The notes: generated by a model from the sequence alone, not told the origin. A stretch of DNA of 59,933 bases from Candidatus Bathyarchaeia archaeon (GCA_037481775.1 JBBFKZ010000010.1:1-59933); one strand, 5' to 3'; shown: positions 1 through 8,953, counted from the stretch's first letter. Program-made: numbers and translations.

Positions 1-5
1 GAATA

Positions 6-326
6 TTGGAAAACGAAACTAAAAACTTTCACTTCATGGAGTTAGATTGGCTAATCTATTTTCCTAAATATGGCAATAAAGGTAAATACCTCAACTATTA
101 TGTAGCATTCATAGACAGAAAAAAAGGAAATGCGCAAGAGGCGAAACTTGTTAAATTGAGTGAAATCGTGGAAAGCCCGGAATTTGAAAATACTTATCCC
201 CATACAGTAGGCTTCTACAAAGGAGACGCAGGTGAAGGCGCAAAATTCAAGCCAGAATACTTAGAAATAAGAAAAATAAACAGTGTGGAAGAGTTCTGGC
301 TGTTCTTAAACTCTTTGGACATATAA
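6..326 (+). CDS. hypothetical protein
   Basis: 106-aa ORF with TTG start; no recognised motif; may extend beyond the window edge. Confidence 0.65.
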   Translation: MENETKNFHFMELDWLIYFPKYGNKGKYLNYYVAFIDRKKGNAQEAKLVKLSEIVESPEFENTYPHTVGFYKGDAGEGAKFKPEYLEIRKINSVEEFWLFLNSLDI

Positions 327-353
327 ACGCCGCCGAGAAGCCCACCGCATTGT

Positions 354-1151
354 TTAAAGCCTATTTCTATGCTTGAACAATGCCATTGCGAGTACTATTG
401 CAGCAATTGCCACCGCCACAGCGTAGCCAGCCTCAGCGGGTACGCCGCTGCTGCTTGAAGACGATGACGATGGCGAAGGCTGCAAGGGCACAGTAGAATT
501 TACATAAGAGGAGGAAGGCAAAGGCTCAGCAGTAGGCGTTGCAGTCAACGGCGGATATGATGGAACGCTATTTGGCAGTAAAGGCTCGCCTATACCTGGT
601 TCGCTTGAGGATATCTCGGCATCGTCAGAGTAGCCTCTGCTTTCCCAAAAGCCGAGAAAATCGTAGTCAACAAGCTCAATACGGGAGAGCTGATTTATCC
701 ATTTGTATCCCCATTTTCCCGGAACCACTAAGCGTAAAGCGTTAAGCGCTTCTCCGTCCTTCTCGTATGCTACGATTATGTCGTCGCGCATAACAGCGTC
801 CAAACGCAGATCTGTGGAGTACCCGTCAGCAGCGTAGAAAGCAACTTTGACGGCTTCTGCCAGAGGTTGTGCGGCTTCCAGCAGAGTCCGCAGTTTTACT
901 CCAACCCAATTGCCTTGTGCAACAACATGGCCTGGAAAATCTACACAGATTATGGCGGCGTTAACTGCGCTTTTTGGCATAGCGTCAAGTTCCGCGCGGC
1001 TTAGGTTAAGGGGATTAGCTACCAAGCCAGTTATGCTTAGCTGGACGTTAGTCGTGTTTTCCGCGAGGGCATAGCGCACATTAACCGAGACGGATACGGA
1101 ACTTAGTATAATTATTAGCAGGGTGATAGGTATTGTAAAAGGTTTTTTCAA
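354..1151 (-). CDS. molybdopterin-dependent oxidoreductase (sulfite oxidase/MsrP-like Oxidored_molyb domain), membrane-anchored
   Basis: Mo-ligand Cys region IICVD, W.GV.L, ADGYST.L, LRLVVPGKWGYKWI motifs; N-terminal signal peptide, P/S/T linker, C-terminal TM helix plus basic tail. Confidence 0.85.
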   Translation of the reverse strand: MKKPFTIPITLLIIILSSVSVSVNVRYALAENTTNVQLSITGLVANPLNLSRAELDAMPKSAVNAAIICVDFPGHVVAQGNWVGVKLRTLLEAAQPLAEAVKVAFYAADGYSTDLRLDAVMRDDIIVAYEKDGEALNALRLVVPGKWGYKWINQLSRIELVDYDFLGFWESRGYSDDAEISSSEPGIGEPLLPNSVPSYPPLTATPTAEPLPSSSYVNSTVPLQPSPSSSSSSSSGVPAEAGYAVAVAIAAIVLAMALFKHRNRL

Positions 1152-1284
1152 ATTAATTCCAGCTTGTTTCTAAAGAAGAACATGGCATGCGTCATATTAA
1201 AGAGTGCTGCCAAATACGCTAGAAGCAACTTGAGGGGTTAAGTACCACAGCGTATTTGCCTAAACCTGCAAGTGTTTACGCTCA

Positions 1285-2088
1285 TTATTTGATTAGCCTC
1301 TTTTTCATCAAGTTTATGCTTAAAACGAAAAGGGCAATTGCGACAATAGCAATCCATACTAAGTTAAGCAGCATGAAAACTTCAGTTCTGCCTAAAACTA
1401 ATCCCCGGATAAGGTTCACCAAATGAGTTAGCGGTAGAAAAATTAGCGCTACTGCCTGTGCTATTGGAGGCAAATGTGAAAGCGGAAAGAAAGTTCCGCT
1501 AAGCAGAAACATCGGCGTTACAAGCAGAAACGCGGGATAGTTAAAGAAGTCTATATTGGGAGCGATTGCCGTAAAGCACATAGCCAGAGCTGCAAATAGC
1601 AAGCCGCCCAAAAGCGATATCAGAGGCACTAAAAGGACGAGCGGGCTTGAAACTAAACCAAAAGCCGCTATTACAACCAACACTGTTGTGGAGTTTATTG
1701 TAGCGCGGGTAGCGCCCCAGAACAGTTCACCAGCTACGACTTCTTCCACGCTTACGGGAGTGGCTATTATAGCGTCGAAGGTTTTCTGAAAGTACATGCG
1801 CACAAAAGAGGCATAGGTGCACTCGAAGAAGCTACCATACATGACGGAGATGGCTACTAAGGCAGGAGCAATGAAGTTGATGTATGATACTCCCTCGATG
1901 GGCTGAATAAAGCCGCCTAGACCTAAGCCTAAGGCGACCAGATATAGGATTGGCTCTAAAAGTGAAGGAAAAAAGTTGACTTTTATGGTTTTCATGAACA
2001 CATCAAAGTTTCGTTGCCAAACCTTCCACACCCGATAAGTTAATTTTGGCAAAGCAAACTTTACCGGAGAATCAGTTGTCTTCGTCAA
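1285..2088 (-). CDS. ABC-2 type transporter permease (NodJ-like)
   Basis: six hydrophobic segments; PMFLLSGTFFP and LPLTH motifs; overlaps the ABC ATPase gene. Confidence 0.9.
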   Translation of the reverse strand: MTKTTDSPVKFALPKLTYRVWKVWQRNFDVFMKTIKVNFFPSLLEPILYLVALGLGLGGFIQPIEGVSYINFIAPALVAISVMYGSFFECTYASFVRMYFQKTFDAIIATPVSVEEVVAGELFWGATRATINSTTVLVVIAAFGLVSSPLVLLVPLISLLGGLLFAALAMCFTAIAPNIDFFNYPAFLLVTPMFLLSGTFFPLSHLPPIAQAVALIFLPLTHLVNLIRGLVLGRTEVFMLLNLVWIAIVAIALFVLSINLMKKRLIK

Positions 2089-3008
2089 TCTCTAAGCCTC
2101 CGCCCAGTCAATTTAAGAAAAACGTCTTCTAAGTTGGCGTTTCGAATCGTAACGTTTGTTAGCGAGTTTTTTTCGAGAAAGCGCTCGAAAACGCCGTGCG
2201 GCTGCATGGTGAAAACATGAATGCGATCACTAAAGGTTTCAAAACTTGCCTCTGGGAACTCTGCCTTAAGCGTTTGCAAAAGTTTCTCATCGCGGTCTAT
2301 TTCCAGCACCTCTGCGCCCACATACCGCCGGATCAATTCTGATGGGCTGCCTTGCTCAATTATTTTGCCGTTATCCATAAGCAGAACTCTATCACAAAGC
2401 GTAGCCGCCTCTTCCATGTAATGCGTTGTTAATATTACCGTAACGCCGCGTTTTCTCAAGCTACGCACTTCATCCCAGACTATATGACGCGCTTGTGGAT
2501 CCAGCCCCGTAGTTGGTTCATCAAGAAGCAAAATTTGCGGTTCATTAATCAGAGCTCTGGCTAAAATGAGGCGCCGTTTCATGCCAGTGGACAATTCTGA
2601 GATGGGCACATTCTGTTTTTCCTCTAACTGGAAAAATTTCAGAAGGTTTCTAGCACGTTTTGTAGCTTCAGCTTTTGGGATGTCAAAGTAGCGGGCGTAA
2701 ACCTGAAGATTTTTTATAACTGTGAAATCGGGATCCAAGTTGTCCTCTTGAGGTGCCACGCCGACTATTCGCTTTATTTCGCGTGCTTGCGTAGAAACAT
2801 TTAGCCCTGCCACGTATAGTTCGCCTTCTGTTAAGGGCAAAAAACAGTGAATCATCCGTACGGTTGTTGTTTTTCCAGCGCCGTTGGGACCCAAAAAACC
2901 TACACACTCACCTTTGTAGACTTCAAAGTTTATATGGTCCACTGCTGTGAAGTTACCGAATTTCTTGGTTAAGCTGCGGGCTTTTATGAGGACTTCGGAG
3001 GAAAACAT
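2085..3008 (-). CDS. ABC transporter ATP-binding protein (NodI/DrrA-like)
   Basis: Walker A GPNGAGKT, signature LSTGM, Walker B LLLDEPT, H-loop TTHYMEEA; start moved to ATG at 3008 (MFSSEVLI). Confidence 0.92.
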   Translation of the reverse strand: MFSSEVLIKARSLTKKFGNFTAVDHINFEVYKGECVGFLGPNGAGKTTTVRMIHCFLPLTEGELYVAGLNVSTQAREIKRIVGVAPQEDNLDPDFTVIKNLQVYARYFDIPKAEATKRARNLLKFFQLEEKQNVPISELSTGMKRRLILARALINEPQILLLDEPTTGLDPQARHIVWDEVRSLRKRGVTVILTTHYMEEAATLCDRVLLMDNGKIIEQGSPSELIRRYVGAEVLEIDRDEKLLQTLKAEFPEASFETFSDRIHVFTMQPHGVFERFLEKNSLTNVTIRNANLEDVFLKLTGRRLRD

Positions 3009-3114
3009 GTGCCTTTCAGAGTTTATCACAGCAAACAATAACTTAAAATTAGCTCTTTGAAGTTCAAGGGGAAAAGTGCGCAAGTGGGCGGGACAGGCAT
3101 TCACAGCAGCATTG

Positions 3115-3444
3115 TTACTCTTCAGGCTTTATTCGTTTTCCGCATTCATGACAGAAAACCGCACCGCTCGGGTTTTTCGCGCCACAGCCAGGGCAATCCA
3201 CGGGTTCTTTTTGAAGTGACTTCTTAATGTTTTTGCTTGCAGTTTGAAAGGCAATACTTATTTCCTTAGCTGCGACGGCGAACGCCTTCTCTAGCTCTTA
3301 GCTCATCTTCTCAAGTGCTTCCCTCAATTCATCTGAGACCGCCGACGACACTGTTTCCACATCCTTAATTGCTTTGGTGCCGCATTTTGGGCAAAAATTA
3401 GCATCTTTTGGAATCTTTTCGCCGCAATTCGAGCAATAAACCAT
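3115..3444 (-). pseudogene. double zinc-ribbon protein with in-frame TAA
   Basis: hand translation: MVYCSNCGEKIPKDANFCPKCGTK...EKMS*ELEKAF...DCPGCGAKNPSGAVFCHECGKRIKPEE*; stop at 3298-3300 is in frame with both zinc ribbons. Confidence 0.8.
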
Positions 3445-3568
3445 AAACACTCACACATCTATCAAATGTGGATCTGGAGATTTAACTGTATCGGCGGGAA
3501 GTCCCCTTGCGAAAGCTGGGGGATGAGAGCTGAAAGATATTTATAGTTTCCAAGAAAATTTAGTAACT

Positions 3569-3976
3569 ATGAAATATAATCTCGATAGGGGCGCTCATTC
3601 AGTTTATGCTCTTCAATATCACCTGGTTCAAGTGGTGAAGTATCGCAGGCAAGTGTTTGAAAATGAGAAGATTGTGGATTTCCTGAAACAGAAAGTGAGG
3701 GAAATAAGTGAAAGCTTTGATGTGGAAGTTCTAAACATTGAGTGCGATAAAGACCATTTCTACATGATTTTCAAGGCAAAACCTACTTTGAATATACCAA
3801 AATACGTCAACGCAATAAAAACCATAACATCAAGGGAAATTCAAAGAAACTTTCCAGAAGTAAAAGAAAAGCTGTGGAAGGGAGTTTTTTGGTCTCCATC
3901 ATACTTTCTTGCCACGACGGGACAGGTAACCCTTGACGTTCTAAAGAAGTATGTTGAGGGACAAGCGGATGCTTAG
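3569..3976 (+). CDS. tnpA: IS200/IS605 Y1 (HUH) transposase, HUH motif altered
   Basis: YHLV.V.KYRR, FWSPSYF, catalytic YxxxQ (KKYVEGQ); HUH reads DHFY. Confidence 0.92.
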   Translation: MKYNLDRGAHSVYALQYHLVQVVKYRRQVFENEKIVDFLKQKVREISESFDVEVLNIECDKDHFYMIFKAKPTLNIPKYVNAIKTITSREIQRNFPEVKEKLWKGVFWSPSYFLATTGQVTLDVLKKYVEGQADA

Positions 3977-5087
3977 TTATAAGTTCAGACTTTATCCAAA
4001 GAAAATACAAGAAGAAAGATTGTTGGAGAACTTGGAGTTATGCAGACAAACTTATAATTACTTTTTAGCTCATTGGAGCGGAAAAAATAAGATACCAAGC
4101 AGAATGGAGCTTCAAGCCCAATTGCCTAAGCTGAAAGTTGAAAAAACTGAGTTGAACAAAGTTTACTCAAAAGTCTTACAGATGGTTCTCTATCAGCTAT
4201 ATTCAAACTTGAAGGCTTTATCACAACTGAAGAAGAATGGTAAAAAAGCGGGACGACTGAGGTTCAAGGGTAAAGGATGGTATAAAACTTTCGTCTACAA
4301 CCAAAGTGGATTCAAGCTTATAAAGACTGGGAAAAGGTTTGATATACTACGTCTATCTAAAATTGGAGACATACCCATAAGGGTTCACAGGGCTGTTGAG
4401 GGGAAAATAAAGCAAGTCATCATCAAGAAGCATAATTCTGGGAAGTGGTTTGCCTGCGTATGCGTTGAAAAAGAAATGAACGTAACTCGAAGAGAGCCTA
4501 AGAGGGCTGTGGGCATAGATGTTGGGATAAAACACTTCCTCACCGATAGCGATGGAAGACAGATTGAGAACCCAAGGTTCTATGAGAGAACACTTGAGAG
4601 GATAAGGGTTCTCCATAGAAATCTGTCGAGGAAGAGAAAGGGTTCAAGGAACAGGGAGAAGGCAAGGATAAAACTTGCAAAAGCTTACGAGAAACTTGTA
4701 AACCAGAGAGGCGACTTCCTGCATAAACTTTCAAGATTCTACGTGAACAATTATGATGTCATCAGCGTTGAAAACTTAAACATAACAGGCATGGTTAGAA
4801 ACCATAACTTAGCCCAAAAAATACTCGACGCCTCTTGGAGTAAATTCCTTCAGATGTTGTCCTACAAAGCTGAAAATGCTGGTGGAACATTTCTGAAGGT
4901 AAATCCAAGAGGAACAAGTCGGGAGTATAAACACGGCAAACTTGACCGTGACTATAACGCTTCGCTCAACATTTTAGAGCGAGGTTTAGCGGGGTTGGGA
5001 CGACCCTTTGAGCCTGTGGAGATAAAGCCTCTACCCGTAGTTATACGGGCAAGCGTTATCGTTGAAGCAGGAAGCCCCTTCCGATAG
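3969..5087 (+). CDS. tnpB: RNA-guided endonuclease TnpB
   Basis: N-terminal YKFRLYP, RuvC-I GIDVG, RuvC-II VENLN, RuvC-III DRDYNASLNI; ATG at 3969 overlaps the tnpA stop. Confidence 0.93.
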   Translation: MLSYKFRLYPKKIQEERLLENLELCRQTYNYFLAHWSGKNKIPSRMELQAQLPKLKVEKTELNKVYSKVLQMVLYQLYSNLKALSQLKKNGKKAGRLRFKGKGWYKTFVYNQSGFKLIKTGKRFDILRLSKIGDIPIRVHRAVEGKIKQVIIKKHNSGKWFACVCVEKEMNVTRREPKRAVGIDVGIKHFLTDSDGRQIENPRFYERTLERIRVLHRNLSRKRKGSRNREKARIKLAKAYEKLVNQRGDFLHKLSRFYVNNYDVISVENLNITGMVRNHNLAQKILDASWSKFLQMLSYKAENAGGTFLKVNPRGTSREYKHGKLDRDYNASLNILERGLAGLGRPFEPVEIKPLPVVIRASVIVEAGSPFR

Positions 5088-5298
5088 GGAGGGGTAGTTC
5101 ACCGGCACTTAATTCGGGGTTAATTCTGAAAAATCTTTTAATAGCTTCTTGCCGCTGACAAATAAGCCGAAAAGAAAAAGGAGACAGCGACAATAGATAA
5201 AAGCAAAACCACAAAATTGCTGTCAACAGCGGTTATTTCTCAACTGATACGCAGATTTTTTATATGTAAAAACTTGTCAACTAAATGAGGGTATAGAT

Positions 5299-6240
5299 AT
5301 GCCAGAGAAAGATGAGCAGAAAAAAGAGCGCTCGAAGATTTCATTGCGAATAGGCGAAGTTCAAATTGAAATGGAAGGAACACCTGACGAAATCGAAAAG
5401 CTAATGGGCAAAGGCCTACTCGAGTTCACAAAAGAAATACAGGAACAAAAAAAGCTCTTAGCACCTTCAACCTCGATTACACAAGTTCCACCTAAAGCTC
5501 CAGAAACCACCATGAAAACCGCGGAAAGCACGCCAAAAGAGAAAACAATAACGCCTGCCGCGAAACCTTCAACCGAAGTTTCTGCCCCATCGCAATCCGC
5601 CCTCGCAATAGGAAAGACACCTGATAAAAAGCTGCAAAAGAAGACTTTCAGTAAAACAATAGTAATTGCGTTGGGATTGATATGCATTGTTCTTGCAGCT
5701 GGCTTAATTGGTTCAATCGTAGTTTACATGCCAATGGTAAGCTCTTTGGAAGCTCAAATAATAGAAAAAGACAGCACAATTTTGTCCCTGAACTCGCAAA
5801 TTTTATCCTTAAACTCGCAAATCGCCTCCTTAAACTCGCAGGTGTTATCTCTTCAAGAAAGCCTCAACCAAACCAACACAAACATAGCGACTCTGCAAAC
5901 AGCAATATCGGCCTACCGCAGCATAGTTTACCTTAACGAGTCACAGTATCTATTTTCAGCTCGAACTATAACTCAAGAAGCAAACACAACCACCGTCGTT
6001 TATGAGGGAGAATTGGTTTACGCTGGTTACATTTCTGTTGGCGTTGAATCAAACAGTGCAACAACATACGTTCGAGTAGTTTATTCCTACGCTGAAGTTA
6101 ACTACGACCAAAGTGTAACTGTAGGCACAAATGGTGCAGCAGCATTTCCAGTGCTACCTGGACCCATCCAGATTACAGTAGGTAACACAGAAGCCAATAA
6201 TTCAGTTACTGCAACTTTAACAGCACGCTATCGTTACTAA
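5299..6240 (+). CDS. membrane-anchored coiled-coil protein
   Basis: cytoplasmic N-domain, P/T/K linker, single TM helix, heptad repeats, beta-rich C-terminal domain. Confidence 0.8.
   Translation: MPEKDEQKKERSKISLRIGEVQIEMEGTPDEIEKLMGKGLLEFTKEIQEQKKLLAPSTSITQVPPKAPETTMKTAESTPKEKTITPAAKPSTEVSAPSQSALAIGKTPDKKLQKKTFSKTIVIALGLICIVLAAGLIGSIVVYMPMVSSLEAQIIEKDSTILSLNSQILSLNSQIASLNSQVLSLQESLNQTNTNIATLQTAISAYRSIVYLNESQYLFSARTITQEANTTTVVYEGELVYAGYISVGVESNSATTYVRVVYSYAEVNYDQSVTVGTNGAAAFPVLPGPIQITVGNTEANNSVTATLTARYRY
5779..5841 (+). repeat. 3 x 21-bp in-frame tandem repeat (ILSLNSQ/IASLNSQ heptads)
   Basis: ATTTTGTCCCTGAACTCGCAA / ATTTTATCCTTAAACTCGCAA / ATCGCCTCCTTAAACTCGCAG. Confidence 0.85.
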
Positions 6241-6450
6241 TTTGCTCGTAAGTGCTCTCTTGCTAATTACTGACAAACGATTCACCAATTACAGCTTGCT
6301 AACATTAACCGAGTTTCTAGTAGAACCAAATAGTTTCCATCAGCGCCCTCAAAGGGCAGCGGAAGCGCATAGCCACCAGTTAACGGAAAGGTATATTTAA
6401 ACGAAAAACATGGATAGTTCTAAATCAATAGCTAATTTAAGGAGAAAGGT

Positions 6451-6741
6451 ATGGTGGCACAAGAAGACTTTAACCAACTGATGAAAGAAAGCCGAGATGA
6501 ATTGGTAAATCTGAGAGCACAATTGCAAAATTTAATGGTTAAGTTTGGTTTACGTGCATTAAAAACATATCAAGCAGCAAGAACCGAGCCTCTTCGACCA
6601 ACAGAAGTTAATTCGTTGATCAAATATGAATTAGACAACATAATCCAAGATCTATCTGAACCAAGAAACATAGAGGCAATAATCACTCAAACCACACAAG
6701 AATGGACAAAACAACAAGAAGCAAAACAAAAGAAACAATAA
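6451..6741 (+). CDS. hypothetical helical protein
   Basis: 96-aa ORF with AAGGAG RBS and upstream TATA-like TATATTTAAA. Confidence 0.75.
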   Translation: MVAQEDFNQLMKESRDELVNLRAQLQNLMVKFGLRALKTYQAARTEPLRPTEVNSLIKYELDNIIQDLSEPRNIEAIITQTTQEWTKQQEAKQKKQ

Positions 6742-6750
6742 CAAACACAC

Positions 6751-7296
6751 CTAACCAAGCAAATCAGCAGACTTAAAAATTTCGTTTCGCCATTTCCGCT
6801 CCCAACTCGCCCAGCCCGTCTTTACAAGGCATTCTCTCAAACGAGGTTTTTCAGCAACCCACTTCAACATAGCCCAAAATCTTTTCTTGTCAGTCAACAC
6901 TTCTTCTGGGACGCCAACTTCACTGCACCATCGCACATAACCTCGTTCAACCATGTGATGAAGTTCACCTGTATCTTCCACTTTTTCAACTTTAAATCCA
7001 CGATTTTGCAAGTACTTACACACGCCTGAAAGGACATAAGCTGTGGATACCTTGAAACGAGTTTCTTCATCAGGACGCATAACTTCAATTATCTCGCTGG
7101 CGATTTTCACGGCATCTTGCAGATACCTTTTATTTTTAAAATTTGGTTGTTGAAAAGATGATGTAGGAATCCGACGTTCCATGTACCTTCGGTCTGGGGG
7201 CTTAAGCGCCCCGATTACAACACCTAAGAGAAGCTCGCTCCAGCCTGCAGCATCTATTAAAATCTCTTTTTGAAGTAAGAAGTGATCCAGCGTCAA
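6751..7296 (-). CDS. hypothetical protein
   Basis: 181-aa ORF, TTG start preceded by AGGTGAG RBS. Confidence 0.7.
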   Translation of the reverse strand: MTLDHFLLQKEILIDAAGWSELLLGVVIGALKPPDRRYMERRIPTSSFQQPNFKNKRYLQDAVKIASEIIEVMRPDEETRFKVSTAYVLSGVCKYLQNRGFKVEKVEDTGELHHMVERGYVRWCSEVGVPEEVLTDKKRFWAMLKWVAEKPRLRECLVKTGWASWERKWRNEIFKSADLLG

Positions 7297-7449
7297 GGCG
7301 GCTCACCTGCTTATACGGCAAGTGATAATAAAGCGGAAGCCACGTATAAATGAATTCTAAGCTCAAGCGAATACCATTAAAGAAAAACTTAAAAATAAAC
7401 AAGAAGTAAATGTTTACATCTAATTATATAACCTTTTGAGGAATGAAAT

Positions 7450-8568
7450 TTGAAAGGCCAAACTATCTGGATATCAGGCTTCTTAACCTTTCTGGCAGGA
7501 TTGTCTGCAGTGCACGCGATAGTTCTGTGGGCGGATGTAGGGCTGACCGGTGTCTTTCAGCCGTTCTTGAGCAGCGGTATAAGACTGGGAATCCCTGTAT
7601 GGCTGTACCTCTTAATCACTATAATTGCAACGTTGGCTCTCCTTGGAGCAACTACTCACTTAATAATAAGCGAGCTATCAACTAAGAAATTGCTTGCCCA
7701 GATGGATGCAAGAATGAACAATGTAGAAAGCACACAAAAGGTACAACAACAGTTTCTGGAAAGCTTGCAGGCAAGAGTTTTCCTAGTTGACGAAAGCTTG
7801 AACAGCATGAGAAAAGACGTTTCGAAAGCTTTTAGTAAACAAGAAGAGATGCTCAAGCAGGCGCATGAGGATTTGGCTAAAAAGTTTGACGGTGATTTAG
7901 CGGCTGTAAAAGCAAGTATAACACGGCAGTTTACTGAGCAAAGTGAAGAGATGAAAAAGATTAACATGAACTTAACTAACATGTTTACTAAAAACTTGGC
8001 TGATGCTAAAAGTGAATTAGCGGGGCAGCTTGCAAGAATCGAAAACGTCATGGATAGACATGAAGAGAGAAACAAGAAAACAGAAAAAGCCATTCTAAAC
8101 CAAGAAGACAAGATAGGAGAAGTAAAATCGAAGATAGAACGGTTGGAAGCAGAGTTCGTTGGGCCCAAACCCCAGTTGGCAAGTCAAAACAGCATAGAAG
8201 ACGTTAGAGGCATAGGGGAGAGCACAGGAAAAGACTTGCGAGCGATAGGAATAACGACGGTAGGCGAATTGGTTACGACTGACCCATCATTAATTGCAGC
8301 GAAAACAGGCATGTCTGAGAAAATAATAGAGAAGCTACAAGGAAGAGCGCAGCTTGCGATGGTTCCAGGCATAAAGGAGAAAGACTTAATTTTGTTGGAA
8401 GAAGCAGGCGTTACGAATAGGCGAGAGTTGGCGGCGCAAGATCCCTTTGAACTCGGCAAGAAAATAAATTTGATTGCCAAGTCTTATGTTGCGGAAGGAA
8501 AGATGACTGAGGCTGACAAGCCGACATTGGAAGCAATAGATTCTTGGATAAGATTCGCAAAAACCTAA
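7450..8568 (+). CDS. membrane-anchored coiled-coil protein with C-terminal HhH/DUF4332-like domain
   Basis: two N-terminal TM helices, long coiled coil, HhH-like VRGIGE..G..L...GI and VPGI......LLEEAGV, ending ..WI..AK. Confidence 0.8.
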   Translation: MKGQTIWISGFLTFLAGLSAVHAIVLWADVGLTGVFQPFLSSGIRLGIPVWLYLLITIIATLALLGATTHLIISELSTKKLLAQMDARMNNVESTQKVQQQFLESLQARVFLVDESLNSMRKDVSKAFSKQEEMLKQAHEDLAKKFDGDLAAVKASITRQFTEQSEEMKKINMNLTNMFTKNLADAKSELAGQLARIENVMDRHEERNKKTEKAILNQEDKIGEVKSKIERLEAEFVGPKPQLASQNSIEDVRGIGESTGKDLRAIGITTVGELVTTDPSLIAAKTGMSEKIIEKLQGRAQLAMVPGIKEKDLILLEEAGVTNRRELAAQDPFELGKKINLIAKSYVAEGKMTEADKPTLEAIDSWIRFAKT

Positions 8569-8953
8569 GTTTAAGCATAGCCGTATCAAAAACACAATTT
8601 TCCTTCTTTTTCGTTGGCAAAATCGCGCTTACTTTAGTTGTAAGGCTTTAAGACAGAAAAACTTAAGCCCTCTGTGGACTTATGTTTAACATAAGGCGAA
8701 AACAGGTGCAGGTAAACACTGAAAGCGATGATGCACTTGCTTTTGTTATCGCGTTCATTTTTGTAACAGCGAACTTTTTTGCGGTGAGTTCAACTTTAAA
8801 CGTAACTGAGAAAACGGGTTACCAGCGTCTTTTCGCTTTTAACTTTGCACACTTTTGGGATAATAAACGCATGTATCTTGGCGGTTATGGTCGTCCCGCT
8901 TCGCCAGTCTGGAAAGGTAAATGCAATAACGCAAAAGGAAGGAAGAACTGATT

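Larger units (their letters stand above)
3492..5102 (+). mobile_element. IS200/IS605-family insertion sequence (tnpA+tnpB, same orientation)
   Basis: left subterminal hairpin GAAGTCCCC...GGGGATG (~3498-3525); right hairpin GAAGCCCCTTCCGATAGGGAGGGGTAG then TTCAC ending at 5102; left boundary approximate. Confidence 0.9.

Noticed and set aside
3298-3300. Stop-codon recoding (Pyl/Sec) in the zinc-ribbon gene
   Set aside because: The codon is TAA, not TAG/TGA, and TAA ends many genuine genes in this window
8682-8951. 89-aa ORF
   Set aside because: No motif or RBS, and composition is unconvincing; left uncalled
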